IMG/VR virus record: IMGVR_UViG_2703718815_000003
Length of the DNA stretch: 64,000 bases
Reading direction: 5' to 3' (one strand)
Origin: a virus
Taxonomy: Duplodnaviria; Heunggongvirae; Uroviricota; Caudoviricetes
Below are positions 11,201 through 19,789 of the stretch, in pieces. Within the stretch, counting starts at the first letter, position 1. The number at the start of each line of letters is the position of its first letter. The translations under genes and the position numbers were made by a program. Below the pieces are notes generated by a model that did not search any database, was not told where the DNA came from, and saw only the letters and a program-made list of their open reading frames with translations.

Positions 11201-12864
11201 GCGGTCGCCATCGTGGCAAAGGTGCTAACCATCTGGCTCCCAGCGCCAACTACCCCCATGATCCCTGCTCGCATCAGTTTGAACGCAACCATCGCGGCCA
11301 CGACCTTACCGAGATTAATTACCAGCTCTTGGTTCTTTGCTAACCATTGAGCAAGCTGACGCAACCCATCGATTGCCGTTGTTAACCCCGAACCTAAAGA
11401 ATTGGCAAACGAAATCCCTTCGGCGCTATTCATGATTGAAGCCAGTTCTTTCATCCCCTTCGATAGAGAATCCAGATATCCGGCCTGACCAACCCGATCA
11501 GCAAATAACGTGAATGACGTCTGAAGTTGCGCCAGCGCACCTGTGTAGGTTTGCATCATGTCTTTCGCTGCGTTCTCATTCTCCGCACGCAGACCAACAA
11601 ACATCAGAGACAACGCCTGTTTTGCCTCAACCGTACCGCTGGCAACGGCTTTAGTCAGTTCCCCCATAGTGATGCCTGCGGCGTCTGCCATTGCCTGCAT
11701 CGCGTTAGGAACGGCTTCACCTAATTGCTGACGTAGCTCTTCCATTGACACAACGCCCTTACCGGACATCTGCTGAACGGCCACAGCCGCACGTTTCAAC
11801 AGCTCACTATCACCACCAAAACGAGCAACGGAGTCCACCAGCGCCTTCAGAGAACCATCGGTTGGATCTAAGCCAGCAGAACGAAACTTCACGAAGGAGT
11901 CTGTTAACGCCTGCATCGCGAACGGCGCATTTTGAGCCATGTCTACGATGTACTTCATGTCATCGGCGGCAGCCTGGCCAGGGTTGGACTTCTCCTTATT
12001 CAACCCTCGAAGCATCACCCGCATACGTTCCATTTCGGCCGCAGCTTCAACAATAGGCTTCTGCCACCCAAACATGATGTCAGTAACCGTTCTGGCTGCA
12101 TCTCCGATCTCGCCAAGCAGGAAAATGTTGCCACGAAGGCCAGAGAACATACCTCCTTCGTTACTTTTACCGCTATGGCCAGAAGCGCCGCTACGCCGCC
12201 CGCTACCACCATCGCCACTTCCAGATGTACGAACGCGTACCGGCTTGCTAATCAGTTGCTGACGTCCGATAACTTCGTCCATCTGCTCACGAACCTTTTT
12301 CAGTCCCTCGGCAGCCTGACTCGTTGTGACACCCCAATTACTGAGTCGCTTCGTCGTGGTATTAAGGCGCGTATTCATGCCACTCACGGACGCAGAGGCT
12401 TCTTTGACCTCCGTACCAAAGCGGCTTGCGCTTTTGCTTGCATAGGTCGCCCAATCAGAGAAATCATTTAGCTCTGATTGCACTTTACGTAATGACGCGG
12501 TGAGTTTATCTACTGAAGAAGCTGTCGTATCGACGCGCTCAATCAGGGCTTTAAGACCAGAATTGAGGTTGGTGATGTTGCCACGCATTTTACGCGTAGC
12601 ATCTGAAGCAAGCTCAAAACCGGCAGCTACATCCTGTAGTTTATCTGCCGTAGAATCGAGCTTGCTTTCCAGAACGCCAATGATACGGGCGACCGAACCC
12701 AAAGAGCGTTCAAAGGTTTGGATTTTTTGAGCAGGCTTTGTTACCTGCTCACCAAATCGAGTAAGCAGTTTCCCCGCACGATCGATTGACGCTGTAAACT
12801 GTTTGTCTTCCAGCGACAGGATAAACTCTACGTTTTGTGACATTCCCTGGTCATCCTCTGCCAA
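8266..12864 (-). CDS. tail tape measure protein
   Basis: 1532 aa, coiled-coil rich with central hydrophobic segments and Gly-rich C-terminus; sits between G/GT chaperones and distal tail genes. Confidence 0.85.
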   Translation of the reverse strand: MAEDDQGMSQNVEFILSLEDKQFTASIDRAGKLLTRFGEQVTKPAQKIQTFERSLGSVARIIGVLESKLDSTADKLQDVAAGFELASDATRKMRGNITNLNSGLKALIERVDTTASSVDKLTASLRKVQSELNDFSDWATYASKSASRFGTEVKEASASVSGMNTRLNTTTKRLSNWGVTTSQAAEGLKKVREQMDEVIGRQQLISKPVRVRTSGSGDGGSGRRSGASGHSGKSNEGGMFSGLRGNIFLLGEIGDAARTVTDIMFGWQKPIVEAAAEMERMRVMLRGLNKEKSNPGQAAADDMKYIVDMAQNAPFAMQALTDSFVKFRSAGLDPTDGSLKALVDSVARFGGDSELLKRAAVAVQQMSGKGVVSMEELRQQLGEAVPNAMQAMADAAGITMGELTKAVASGTVEAKQALSLMFVGLRAENENAAKDMMQTYTGALAQLQTSFTLFADRVGQAGYLDSLSKGMKELASIMNSAEGISFANSLGSGLTTAIDGLRQLAQWLAKNQELVINLGKVVAAMVAFKLMRAGIMGVVGAGSQMVSTFATMATAIQTPFNLGATAVTRFNRAARMGLAPIPSLIFAIRGEITGLKGAFAGLTAFIAANPIGAAFTVATVAVAGLITYMTMLRSETSKVVDEIRKIPEAMTAAKRAQMAEYKARLEQQITQKEQELKSGEKVVYGPGMAGTTVKINQDERKRIENELNDLRKKRDKTTGAIERGDIAVAKRLAKDAAESQIEKIREENRDFAATFAKARQEALEKIQKINDDDSLSDDEKNKLLAPLRETVNKSYLEPAQKLVDSLSSRKNATEKQIATLNDQLEKAKKDGNTEQIQKLQGSIRGYQEHLETVAQELTQAEFERDNAAKTGKGVMSNQGTVLGLGTTDKAAQKALAQYMRNQMDSATYQRTLPDGTPMMDFEGKPIIGPKQLKTQLNLQKASSASSLEKMSDEERAAAIAALTKAREQDAAAAEKAAQRSANASQRAAKKEQAAQQKLAAGYQKALDKADQLMGQMGESSKATVSFDQSLRDTTKSLTDLANAVPNEFITQEMIDKAKKRLEDLKNATPEYREMFNRRNVEQMISTWAPEADSIISAGYTPSREEKVADFEDTYNRNLKALIELRDKASDPKVVALYTKKINQLIAAGNTALIKETGTATQKLALEYENLAEQIESTWTDLFSGLTDVLTDFVINGKMSFSSLSQSILKDITNMVVKSQITLPLMNMLGMGTTAAGSSQSGNLLTGVASAVANQGVRMGNTVNGDKSVGEATKETSSSVTGLGQTTQQTTSAIGTATNAIGSWVSGLFDSTEAKDAETKAVKDSIFSMQNLSSVTGALSAAFAMLGANASGSGNKWLNFGATVASGLVSVWAGGGFDGLMSGSSGSTSGFNNLTSSAADGTNGIPAIPNFANGGIFGKDGVIPLRAYQKGGIANSPQLALFGEGDMNEAYVPLPDGRTIPVTLSTDGMSGGGNVLSPVSIEINVHSDGSTTESGDTESIWNNAAQRMKAIALETIAQEKRPGGSLNPNTQRN

Positions 12865-13210
12865 ATATTTGCATCAGTTGCTCTTTGGCGTCAGGGTCTG
12901 CCTTATCCTGGCTTGGATCGTAGACTTTATCTGTTACGACAGGTCTTCCAATCCTGAGTTGCAAACCCTCCATGAACGCCTTCACAGCCTCGCCATCCGC
13001 CTGGGACGCACGAGCGACTTGTAAGTTGCGGACATCCTCTTCCGCACGCAGACGGTCTATATTGCGACTGAGCATCCAGAACATCGTGAGAGGAACGTTC
13101 AGTAGCTCTAATGGCGACACGGCGTAGTGAGCAACTACACGACTGAAATAGAATCCAAGATCTATTGAGACGGTCCTTGTCCCGGATTCATCGCGGGAAA
13201 TTACTTTGCC
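12851..13210 (-). CDS. tail assembly chaperone extension (GT-like, predicted -1 frameshift product)
   Basis: ORF 12851-13120 is in the -1 frame relative to G; I translated the -1 frame from 13237 down to 13120 by hand and found no stop. Candidate slip site GCA AAG UAA at the G stop. Confidence 0.4.
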   Translation of the reverse strand, partial: GKVISRDESGTRTVSIDLGFYFSRVVAHYAVSPLELLNVPLTMFWMLSRNIDRLRAEEDVRNLQVARASQADGEAVKAFMEGLQLRIGRPVVTDKVYDPSQDKADPDAKEQLMQIFGRG

Positions 13211-13518
13211 CCTTCGCCAGCCGCTTTTTCGTTTTCTTCATCAATCACTTCCATAGCGAAGGTGAAGATCTGCTGGAGTTGCGGAACAGTCAGTTTTTCA
13301 AGAACTTCGTCAGGTACTGAAGGGATAACCTTACGAACCAGATCTGCATAAGCTGTCACTTGCTCAACAGGAGACATGTTCATGAGATCTTTGCCTTCCA
13401 TCTGCTTGATGGAAACAAAGAGGCCGACGGTCATTTCAACGATGGGATATTCTTTGCCACCAAATTTGATGCTTTTTTTCGGCGGCAGAATGGAGTCGAG
13501 ATCGAGTAATTTGGTCAT
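13201..13518 (-). CDS. tail assembly chaperone (lambda gpG-like)
   Basis: 105 aa acidic protein directly upstream of tape measure; AAGGA upstream of ATG. Confidence 0.6.
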   Translation of the reverse strand: MTKLLDLDSILPPKKSIKFGGKEYPIVEMTVGLFVSIKQMEGKDLMNMSPVEQVTAYADLVRKVIPSVPDEVLEKLTVPQLQQIFTFAMEVIDEENEKAAGEGAK

Positions 13519-13544
13519 GGTTTAAATCCTTTTAAACTCATACA

Positions 13545-13564
13545 GAGGCCCATCCATGGGCCTC
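13545..13564 (-). terminator. hairpin downstream of major tail protein gene (partial terminator)
   Basis: 8-bp stem gaggccca/tgggcctc; weak T tract on minus strand. Confidence 0.4.
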
Positions 13565-13579
13565 TTGGGTTATCACAAT

Positions 13580-14326
13580 TTAGCTTGCGGCAGTTACAGA
13601 GACGGCTTTGGTCGCCTTCTTGGCACCGTCATTAGTTGTGAAGGTGATATTGGCTGAACCGACAGCTTTACCAGTTACCAGTCCGTTCTGATCTACGGTC
13701 GCTTTATCAGTCGCATCAGAGCTCCACACGCCAGTCTTATTGGTTGCATCGGCCGGGGTGAAGGTTGCGCTCAATTGAACTTTAGTGCCCACTTTTACGG
13801 TCGGTGAAGACGGGGTCAGCGTGACGCTCTCAACCGGCTTTGGGAGGCTCATTTTCCCCAACACGCCAGCGTCGTCCGGGTAAGCGGAAAACTCAACTGA
13901 GAACACGCGAACGTCGTCAGACTGGTAGGTCATGGTGAAGTTACCCGCGGTTGCTGCTTTAGGGATGGTCAGAACATAATCCGTCGCATCCTGCGGGGTC
14001 AGCACCAACTCTTTCGCAACGTCGATCAGGTTCACTCCCTGCGCAGACGTGATGGTTACGGTATCTTCGCCAGAACTCAGCGTGGAACCTGGCATCAGAT
14101 CGACCATGTTTTTCAACACGGATTCAGCCAGCGGCGCAGTAATGGTGATGTTGCGGCCCTGGATCAGCTCGGAGATCGTGGTCTGGCCCAGCTGGTCTAC
14201 GGTCACTTTCAGCGTTTCGGTTGCGATTTCAACCTGAACACCACCTTTGGTGTAACCCAAATCCACACCACCAAACGACACCTTACAGGCACCAAGTTTG
14301 ATGTTTTTTACATGGGTATTAGACAT
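13580..14326 (-). CDS. major tail protein with C-terminal Ig-like (Big_2-type) domain
   Basis: C-terminal segment resembles the repeats of the decoration protein (TVKVGTKVQLSATFTPADATNK...WSS....ATVDQNGLVTG); start set to ATG 14324-14326 with AAGGAG upstream. Confidence 0.7.
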   Translation of the reverse strand: MSNTHVKNIKLGACKVSFGGVDLGYTKGGVQVEIATETLKVTVDQLGQTTISELIQGRNITITAPLAESVLKNMVDLMPGSTLSSGEDTVTITSAQGVNLIDVAKELVLTPQDATDYVLTIPKAATAGNFTMTYQSDDVRVFSVEFSAYPDDAGVLGKMSLPKPVESVTLTPSSPTVKVGTKVQLSATFTPADATNKTGVWSSDATDKATVDQNGLVTGKAVGSANITFTTNDGAKKATKAVSVTAAS

Positions 14327-14400
14327 TGATGGAAAACTCCTTTTTCCGTTAATTCTACGCATTCATTGCGCTAATAGTAAGTATATACTTACCAATTGAG

Positions 14401-14784
14401 TTAATTCAATAAATAGCCAGCAAATTCAACAGGAATGCCTGCTTCTATTAATGCCCCATCATTTTTGGGATAAATGATTGGCATCGCCATCGGTCGTACC
14501 AGTCGAAAATAAACACCACCAGATTCCGTTTCCTCTACTGGAAACATCTCAATGATTTTATTGGCTTTCTCAACCGTCGTAGTAATTGACGAACCACGCA
14601 CAATTATTGTGAATGATTCGTGGTAAAAGCCCTGTAGCTCATGATCGATGCTGATACCGGTATTTGGGTTAATAAGCAGGACGCCAGATTTCACATTGGC
14701 AGGCAAGTAGTGACAGAAAATGTCAGTCCCGACCGTGCCAATCTTTGCCTTCTGCATCAAACTTGCAAACGCTTCAATAAACAC
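14401..14784 (-). CDS. tail terminator / tail completion protein (candidate)
   Basis: Position immediately upstream of major tail gene. Start uncertain: GTG at 14782-14784 with GAGGT upstream overlaps the preceding stop; alternative ATG at 14757. Confidence 0.4.
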   Translation of the reverse strand: MFIEAFASLMQKAKIGTVGTDIFCHYLPANVKSGVLLINPNTGISIDHELQGFYHESFTIIVRGSSITTTVEKANKIIEMFPVEETESGGVYFRLVRPMAMPIIYPKNDGALIEAGIPVEFAGYLLN

Positions 14785-14785
14785 A

Positions 14786-15259
14786 TTAACCTCTCGTAAA
14801 ACCGGCTTTTCTGGCAGCCTCAAGAATCGCTTCTGAGAACTGCTTCTCGCTAATTTCCACCGCTCTTTCCAGAAAGTGTGGCCCAACACGAGGTTTAACA
14901 CCGGCAATTGGTGGGTTTGTCACGTTCTTCATTCGAGAAAGATAACCGAGTCGGTATTTACCCAGCTCCATGTACTTAGCATAGTCACCGACTTCTACGC
15001 CCGGATGCCCCTGACGTGGTTTTGCTCCAGACACAGAAAGCTCAATGCGCAGCCCTGAATAACCTTCTTTAATCACCCTGGCAAAGATGGCTGTCTCCAG
15101 AGATCCGGTTTCCAGCGGGGCCATTGCACGGCTGAGACGCTCAACCAAACGCGCCAGCTTTTCCATGTCCCGAATAAGATATCGCTTAAATGCTTTCTGG
15201 CTGTTGTTGAGTCGATTCACCGCACGTTTGAACTGATGCGCATCGTATTTCAGACCCAT
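14786..15259 (-). CDS. head-tail joining / neck protein (candidate)
   Basis: 157 aa, located between head and tail modules. Confidence 0.4.
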   Translation of the reverse strand: MGLKYDAHQFKRAVNRLNNSQKAFKRYLIRDMEKLARLVERLSRAMAPLETGSLETAIFARVIKEGYSGLRIELSVSGAKPRQGHPGVEVGDYAKYMELGKYRLGYLSRMKNVTNPPIAGVKPRVGPHFLERAVEISEKQFSEAILEAARKAGFTRG

Positions 15260-15594
15260 ATATTCGCCCCCACTTCAAGATGCCCTGGTCTTCCTCGTAG
15301 CCCCCAGCGGCGATGAACACTGGACACCTTTAATTTTTGACCTTCAAGGATCAGCACATCATCAAGTTGTACAGCCGCTTCTAAAGGGACAACTAACACA
15401 GCATCAAACAGCTCCAGACTCGCCTTACCACGACTACCAGAGCTATCAGCACGAACTGACGATTTCTCATTACTCTGTTCGAACTTAACCACGCCGACAT
15501 TCGTCTTCCTGACGAATTGTAATTGCGCCTCGCCGTAAACGTTCTTTGCGCCAAAGCGGTAGATCGCAATTTCTGTTTGCCACGAAATATTCAT
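15250..15594 (-). CDS. head-tail adaptor (candidate)
   Basis: Track ORF 15250-15690 overlaps upstream gene; start set to internal ATG 15592-15594. Confidence 0.35.
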   Translation of the reverse strand: MNISWQTEIAIYRFGAKNVYGEAQLQFVRKTNVGVVKFEQSNEKSSVRADSSGSRGKASLELFDAVLVVPLEAAVQLDDVLILEGQKLKVSSVHRRWGLRGRPGHLEVGANIWV

Positions 15595-15673
15595 GCTCTC
15601 TCTCTGTTGTTGTCGGTCGCTCTCATTACTGGCCAAAAACCCTTTCGACCAAAAGTAAATAATGCGACTGGCG

Positions 15674-16507
15674 TTACGCACGGCGAACAATCATACGGTT
15701 GTTGATGTAACTGACCAGCAAGCGCCAGGTACTGCGAGCCACATGAACGTTTGCAGCTTTACCGGTACGGTACATGTTGGTTGTTTCACCGATTGACTCT
15801 GACAAAATGCCATCCTCTCGTGCTGCGGCAACATCATTGCCATTTGCGATCTCACACGCTTCGTTGACAACGGCAAGCATCAACGCTTCTTTGAAGTAGT
15901 CAGGGAACTCTTCAAACTTCTCTTGCGTCATCTTTTCCCAATCGACTAAATCATGCCGGTACGCTCCATCTGCTCCCCACGGAATGTCATACACATTCAG
16001 CATATTTTGAGGGCGATCGTATCGGTCAAAGTCGATACGTAGAATTTTGCGGATTGAGAACGGTAAAGTTTTAATTCGTCTGGTAGCCTCAATGAGACGC
16101 TTGCGCATTAAGCCTTCACCATCCGACAGCAAAGTGTCCCCATTCAGCATATCGATCGCCTGCATTTGAGCATCAGCGACAGTTGCAAACGACTGTTCTG
16201 GTATCGACAGTTCAAAACTATTCAGCAGAACATACATTTGCCGCTCTTCATGCGTCAGACCCGATGCAACAGCCTTCACAATGACGTACCGCAGATCGCG
16301 TTCTTTCTCAGAGAGCTGGTTATATTCAGCCGACACGACAACCGGAATCGACATTTGACCGCTGGTAATTTCTAGCGGCTCGCCATCAACGAGAATAGCC
16401 CCGGTGCTGTCCTTTACTGTGTAGGTAGCAGATTCGATATCCAGCACGTTGAAGGCAAATGAAAGGGAAACAGCTTCACCGCTACGATACGAGTCGATCT
16501 GCGCCAT
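15674..16507 (-). CDS. hypothetical structural protein (head completion region)
   Basis: 277-aa ORF in late operon; no recognisable motif. Confidence 0.4.
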   Translation of the reverse strand: MAQIDSYRSGEAVSLSFAFNVLDIESATYTVKDSTGAILVDGEPLEITSGQMSIPVVVSAEYNQLSEKERDLRYVIVKAVASGLTHEERQMYVLLNSFELSIPEQSFATVADAQMQAIDMLNGDTLLSDGEGLMRKRLIEATRRIKTLPFSIRKILRIDFDRYDRPQNMLNVYDIPWGADGAYRHDLVDWEKMTQEKFEEFPDYFKEALMLAVVNEACEIANGNDVAAAREDGILSESIGETTNMYRTGKAANVHVARSTWRLLVSYINNRMIVRRA

Positions 16508-16941
16508 TACTCACCGCCTTGTGCTTTCAGGATGCCTTCAATCATCTCGACAATTCCTTTCGCTTTGACACCAACCTGATTACCAATCACACGTAGACCG
16601 GCAATGCCTTCATTGTCTGCAATTGACTCCAACTCTTCTCGTGTGAAAGTCTGGATCTGTTTGGCCGGTTCATCTGGTGTCCCACGTTTCATTGGCACAA
16701 TGTCAGGTGCTGCTGGCTCGGTAATCAGGTCTGCGGTCAACTCGCCACGATCACTGTATGCGGCAGACGGAGAAACATTTTTGCCCTCGACTGTTGATGC
16801 TCGCATTGAGGCACAAATCCTTTGCTGATCGATAAAAGGCAACTCCGCTACGGACACCCCGTTCTCGAACTGAACGCCGCACAACATTCCCGAATAACCG
16901 GAAAATTGCGGTTCTAATAAAACAATTTTTGCTGGTTTCAT
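16507..16941 (-). CDS. hypothetical structural protein
   Basis: 144-aa ORF, translationally coupled to downstream gene. Confidence 0.4.
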   Translation of the reverse strand: MKPAKIVLLEPQFSGYSGMLCGVQFENGVSVAELPFIDQQRICASMRASTVEGKNVSPSAAYSDRGELTADLITEPAAPDIVPMKRGTPDEPAKQIQTFTREELESIADNEGIAGLRVIGNQVGVKAKGIVEMIEGILKAQGGE

Positions 16942-16959
16942 AACGCATTCTCTCTACAT

Positions 16960-16977
16960 GGGCGGCTTTCGCCGCCC
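16960..16977 (-). other. GC hairpin between decoration gene and next gene
   Basis: gggcggc tttc gccgccc 7-bp GC stem. Confidence 0.35.
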
Positions 16978-16985
16978 AATATTGA

Positions 16986-17906
16986 TTATTCCTGTGCAGC
17001 AGTGACTTCTACGGTCGCTGTCGCTTTGTGGCTACCATCTTGGGTAGTAACCTCGATTGTGGCAGTACCAGCCGCAACGCCAGTTACAACACCGGTTTCG
17101 CTATCCACCGTTGCAAATTCGGTATTTTTGGATTCCCAAGTAACGGTTTTATTTGTTGCTCCTGCCGGCTCGACATTTGCTGTCAGCTGAACAGTTTTGT
17201 TTGCCTCAACGGTTGTGCTATTTGGGTCGATTTCGACGCCGGTAACAGCCACAACAGGCGCAGTTACTTCCACCGTTGCAGTTGCCTTTTTGCTACCATC
17301 TTGGGAAACGATCTCAATCGTCGCAGTGCCAACTTCTACACCAGTAACGTTCCCGCTCTGGTCTACCGTTGCCTTATCTTCATTTTTGGAAGACCAGGTA
17401 ACAGCCTTATTCGTCGCATTTGACGGCTGAACATTCGCTTTCAGACTGACTGATTTCCCTTTCTCAACAGAGGTTGAGTCTGGCGTTACCGTTACGGATT
17501 GAACGGCTACCGTATTTACGGTGACTTCCACTGAAGCGGAAAGCTGGGTTTCCTGATCAGTTGCAGTAATTTTTACTTTGCCTGGTGCTACGCCAGTTAC
17601 TAATCCAGTGCCGTTAACGGTTGCAATTTGATCATTGGCTGACTTCCAGGTGAATGAACTGGCACTCTTACCCATACTAATACCTGCACTAAGTTGAACA
17701 GTTTTCCCAACCAAAACTGACGGTGAAGCCGGGGTTATGTTTACGGATTGGGAGATGGGAACCGCCTGCAAACAAGCAGATAGCTGACTTTGTTGCCGCT
17801 CGGTTAAAGGTTCATCGGAGATAGAATTGGTAAATCCGGCGCGGCACATATGCCCCGTAAAATCCGAAAATGCCTCTTCCGTAATCTTCATCTTTTGTTC
17901 TGGCAT
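16986..17906 (-). CDS. head decoration protein with three tandem Ig-like (Big_2-type) domains
   Basis: Three repeats of ..V.V.P.S..V..GK.V.L.A.V.P..ATNK.VTW.S.......ATVD..G.VTG...G.A.I. Confidence 0.6.
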   Translation of the reverse strand: MPEQKMKITEEAFSDFTGHMCRAGFTNSISDEPLTERQQSQLSACLQAVPISQSVNITPASPSVLVGKTVQLSAGISMGKSASSFTWKSANDQIATVNGTGLVTGVAPGKVKITATDQETQLSASVEVTVNTVAVQSVTVTPDSTSVEKGKSVSLKANVQPSNATNKAVTWSSKNEDKATVDQSGNVTGVEVGTATIEIVSQDGSKKATATVEVTAPVVAVTGVEIDPNSTTVEANKTVQLTANVEPAGATNKTVTWESKNTEFATVDSETGVVTGVAAGTATIEVTTQDGSHKATATVEVTAAQE

Positions 17907-17921
17907 TTCTCGCTCCTACAA

Positions 17922-17948
17922 AAAGGGTGGGCGTATAGCCCACCCTTT
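17922..17948 (-). terminator. intrinsic terminator after capsid gene
   Basis: aaagggtgggc gtata gcccaccctt hairpin followed by TTTTT on minus strand, then AGGAG and the decoration-gene ATG. Confidence 0.6.
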
Positions 17949-17979
17949 AACATAGATAATTACTTATCTACTTCACTGA

Positions 17980-18855
17980 TTAAATTTTTACATTGGTCAG
18001 TGCAGCGATAGCCTTATCGTGCTTATTCGCCAGAGAGCAGTACCACTTCACACGGGTACGTACTGCGTCTTTGTTCTGTACAGTACCAATGTTTTCAACA
18101 ACGATACCTGCGTTGTCGCCGCCATACAGACCAGTAACGCCGTTCTCTTCTGACAGATGCAGGCAGTAGATGCTTGCTTTGCCAGAATCGGTCGGGATGA
18201 AGTCGTTGATGATGAACGGAACGCCGTTATGACACAGCATCGGACGACCGAAGTTCTCCATCATGATTTCAGACGGACCTACGTTTACTGTACGCAGCAG
18301 CGCACGGTAAGCACGCAGGTGCTCTGAACGCATCATGATGCAGTCAGCACCAAGATCTTTCACCGCATCGACCAGTTCGTCGAACATAGAGAAAGTCATA
18401 GATGCACCGGCGATATCGATCTTCTGATCTGCGTGCATCAGGCGTGGAATGCCGTCAAACGCCTTGTTGTTGGAGCTGGAGTCACCCAAAATCAGGTTGC
18501 GACGGAACGCACGAGCCAGACCTTTAACTTTCTGACGAACCTGAATAGCCAACTGGTTATTGGTGTCGGCCATAGTGGTTGCCAGGAATTTATCAACGTC
18601 TACGTCACCAGCCAGAATACGCAGTTTCGCAACGCATTCTTCGAAGGTTGCTGCACCTTCAGGGATGGTGTCGTTAACGTCGATGAAGGTAGCTTCACTC
18701 AGCGTTTTTTCACGGTTGTACAGATATGCCTTTGAATTAATTTTCATAAAAGGCAGGATGGCAAACAGGTCATCGCGATCGATGATAGTTTCGATCACAC
18801 CCTGTTCAAGTTCGTTGTTAGACAGCTTTTCAGCTTCTTCACGCAGTAATGGCAT
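17980..18855 (-). CDS. major capsid protein (candidate)
   Basis: 291 aa, between scaffold and decoration genes, followed by strong terminator. Confidence 0.6.
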   Translation of the reverse strand: MPLLREEAEKLSNNELEQGVIETIIDRDDLFAILPFMKINSKAYLYNREKTLSEATFIDVNDTIPEGAATFEECVAKLRILAGDVDVDKFLATTMADTNNQLAIQVRQKVKGLARAFRRNLILGDSSSNNKAFDGIPRLMHADQKIDIAGASMTFSMFDELVDAVKDLGADCIMMRSEHLRAYRALLRTVNVGPSEIMMENFGRPMLCHNGVPFIINDFIPTDSGKASIYCLHLSEENGVTGLYGGDNAGIVVENIGTVQNKDAVRTRVKWYCSLANKHDKAIAALTNVKI

Positions 18856-18880
18856 CTATCAATTCCCTTTGATTTAGATG

Positions 18881-19768
18881 TTACTTAAGTCCAATTTTCC
18901 CCAGACCGGAGGCCAACTTATCCATAGTCGACTTGTTCTTCGGTTGGGATATTGTGTAGGTCGATTTGGAATGTGAGCCTACACCCTGCTTGGCTTCGCT
19001 ACGCATCAATGCGTCAGCTTCCGGATCTGCCCGCACAATGCGTTCAATCGCGGATTCAAACGGCAACGGCTTACCTTCACCGTCAACCAGAACAGCTCGT
19101 TCTTTGTGACCTGCCGGTTTGTCATAACCCACTACGCTACCGTCTTCACCCACTTCAAAATGAGAACCGTAGATCACGCGGGCTTTTGCCGGGGTCATCA
19201 GAACTTTGTCACGTAGGAAGAGAGAGTTACTGAAGGAAGCGCCCACGGTCATCTCGACTAATTGAGATTTCAGTGATGCGTTTTCACTTTCCAGTGCTGC
19301 ATAACGTTCGTCACGCTGTGCCAGCTCTGCCTGGTGTGCTTCGATCATCTGTTTTTTAACAGCATCGAACTCACCACGACGCTCCAGTTCAGCTTGCTCC
19401 GCCTCACGACGTGCGTTTTCTGCGGCCTGTTCAGCTTCTAAAAGCTGGCGAGCACGAGCCGGATCGATATCACCGTACTGAGCAAGCTGATCGGCCAATG
19501 TGCGCTCTTTCTCTTTGCGCTTCATGTTCTCTTTCAGCAGTTCAGCACCAGCTTTCTTGGTTTTGCGAAGTTCGACCAGTAACTCTTCATGAGTCATGCC
19601 AGCGTATTCGTCATCACCCTTCGGCTGCTCTTTTTGTTCACCCTGTTTGTCAGGATCTTGTGTACTCTGCTCATTATCAGCAGCTACACCGCCAGCGCCT
19701 CCACGCTCATGCGCTTCAGCAACATCCATCAGACCACGACGGGCCAAAAGCATTTGCCACAGTTGCAT
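18881..19768 (-). CDS. scaffolding protein (candidate)
   Basis: 295 aa, highly charged N-terminal coiled coil (EAEQAAENARREAEQAELERR); between portal and capsid. Confidence 0.5.
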   Translation of the reverse strand: MQLWQMLLARRGLMDVAEAHERGGAGGVAADNEQSTQDPDKQGEQKEQPKGDDEYAGMTHEELLVELRKTKKAGAELLKENMKRKEKERTLADQLAQYGDIDPARARQLLEAEQAAENARREAEQAELERRGEFDAVKKQMIEAHQAELAQRDERYAALESENASLKSQLVEMTVGASFSNSLFLRDKVLMTPAKARVIYGSHFEVGEDGSVVGYDKPAGHKERAVLVDGEGKPLPFESAIERIVRADPEADALMRSEAKQGVGSHSKSTYTISQPKNKSTMDKLASGLGKIGLK

Positions 19769-19789
19769 AAAAATTCCCTTTGTTACTTA

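Noticed and set aside
9436-12471. Plus-strand ORFs inside the tape measure gene
   Set aside because: Antisense to a 1532-aa gene with consistent coding signal; Arg/Cys-rich translations.
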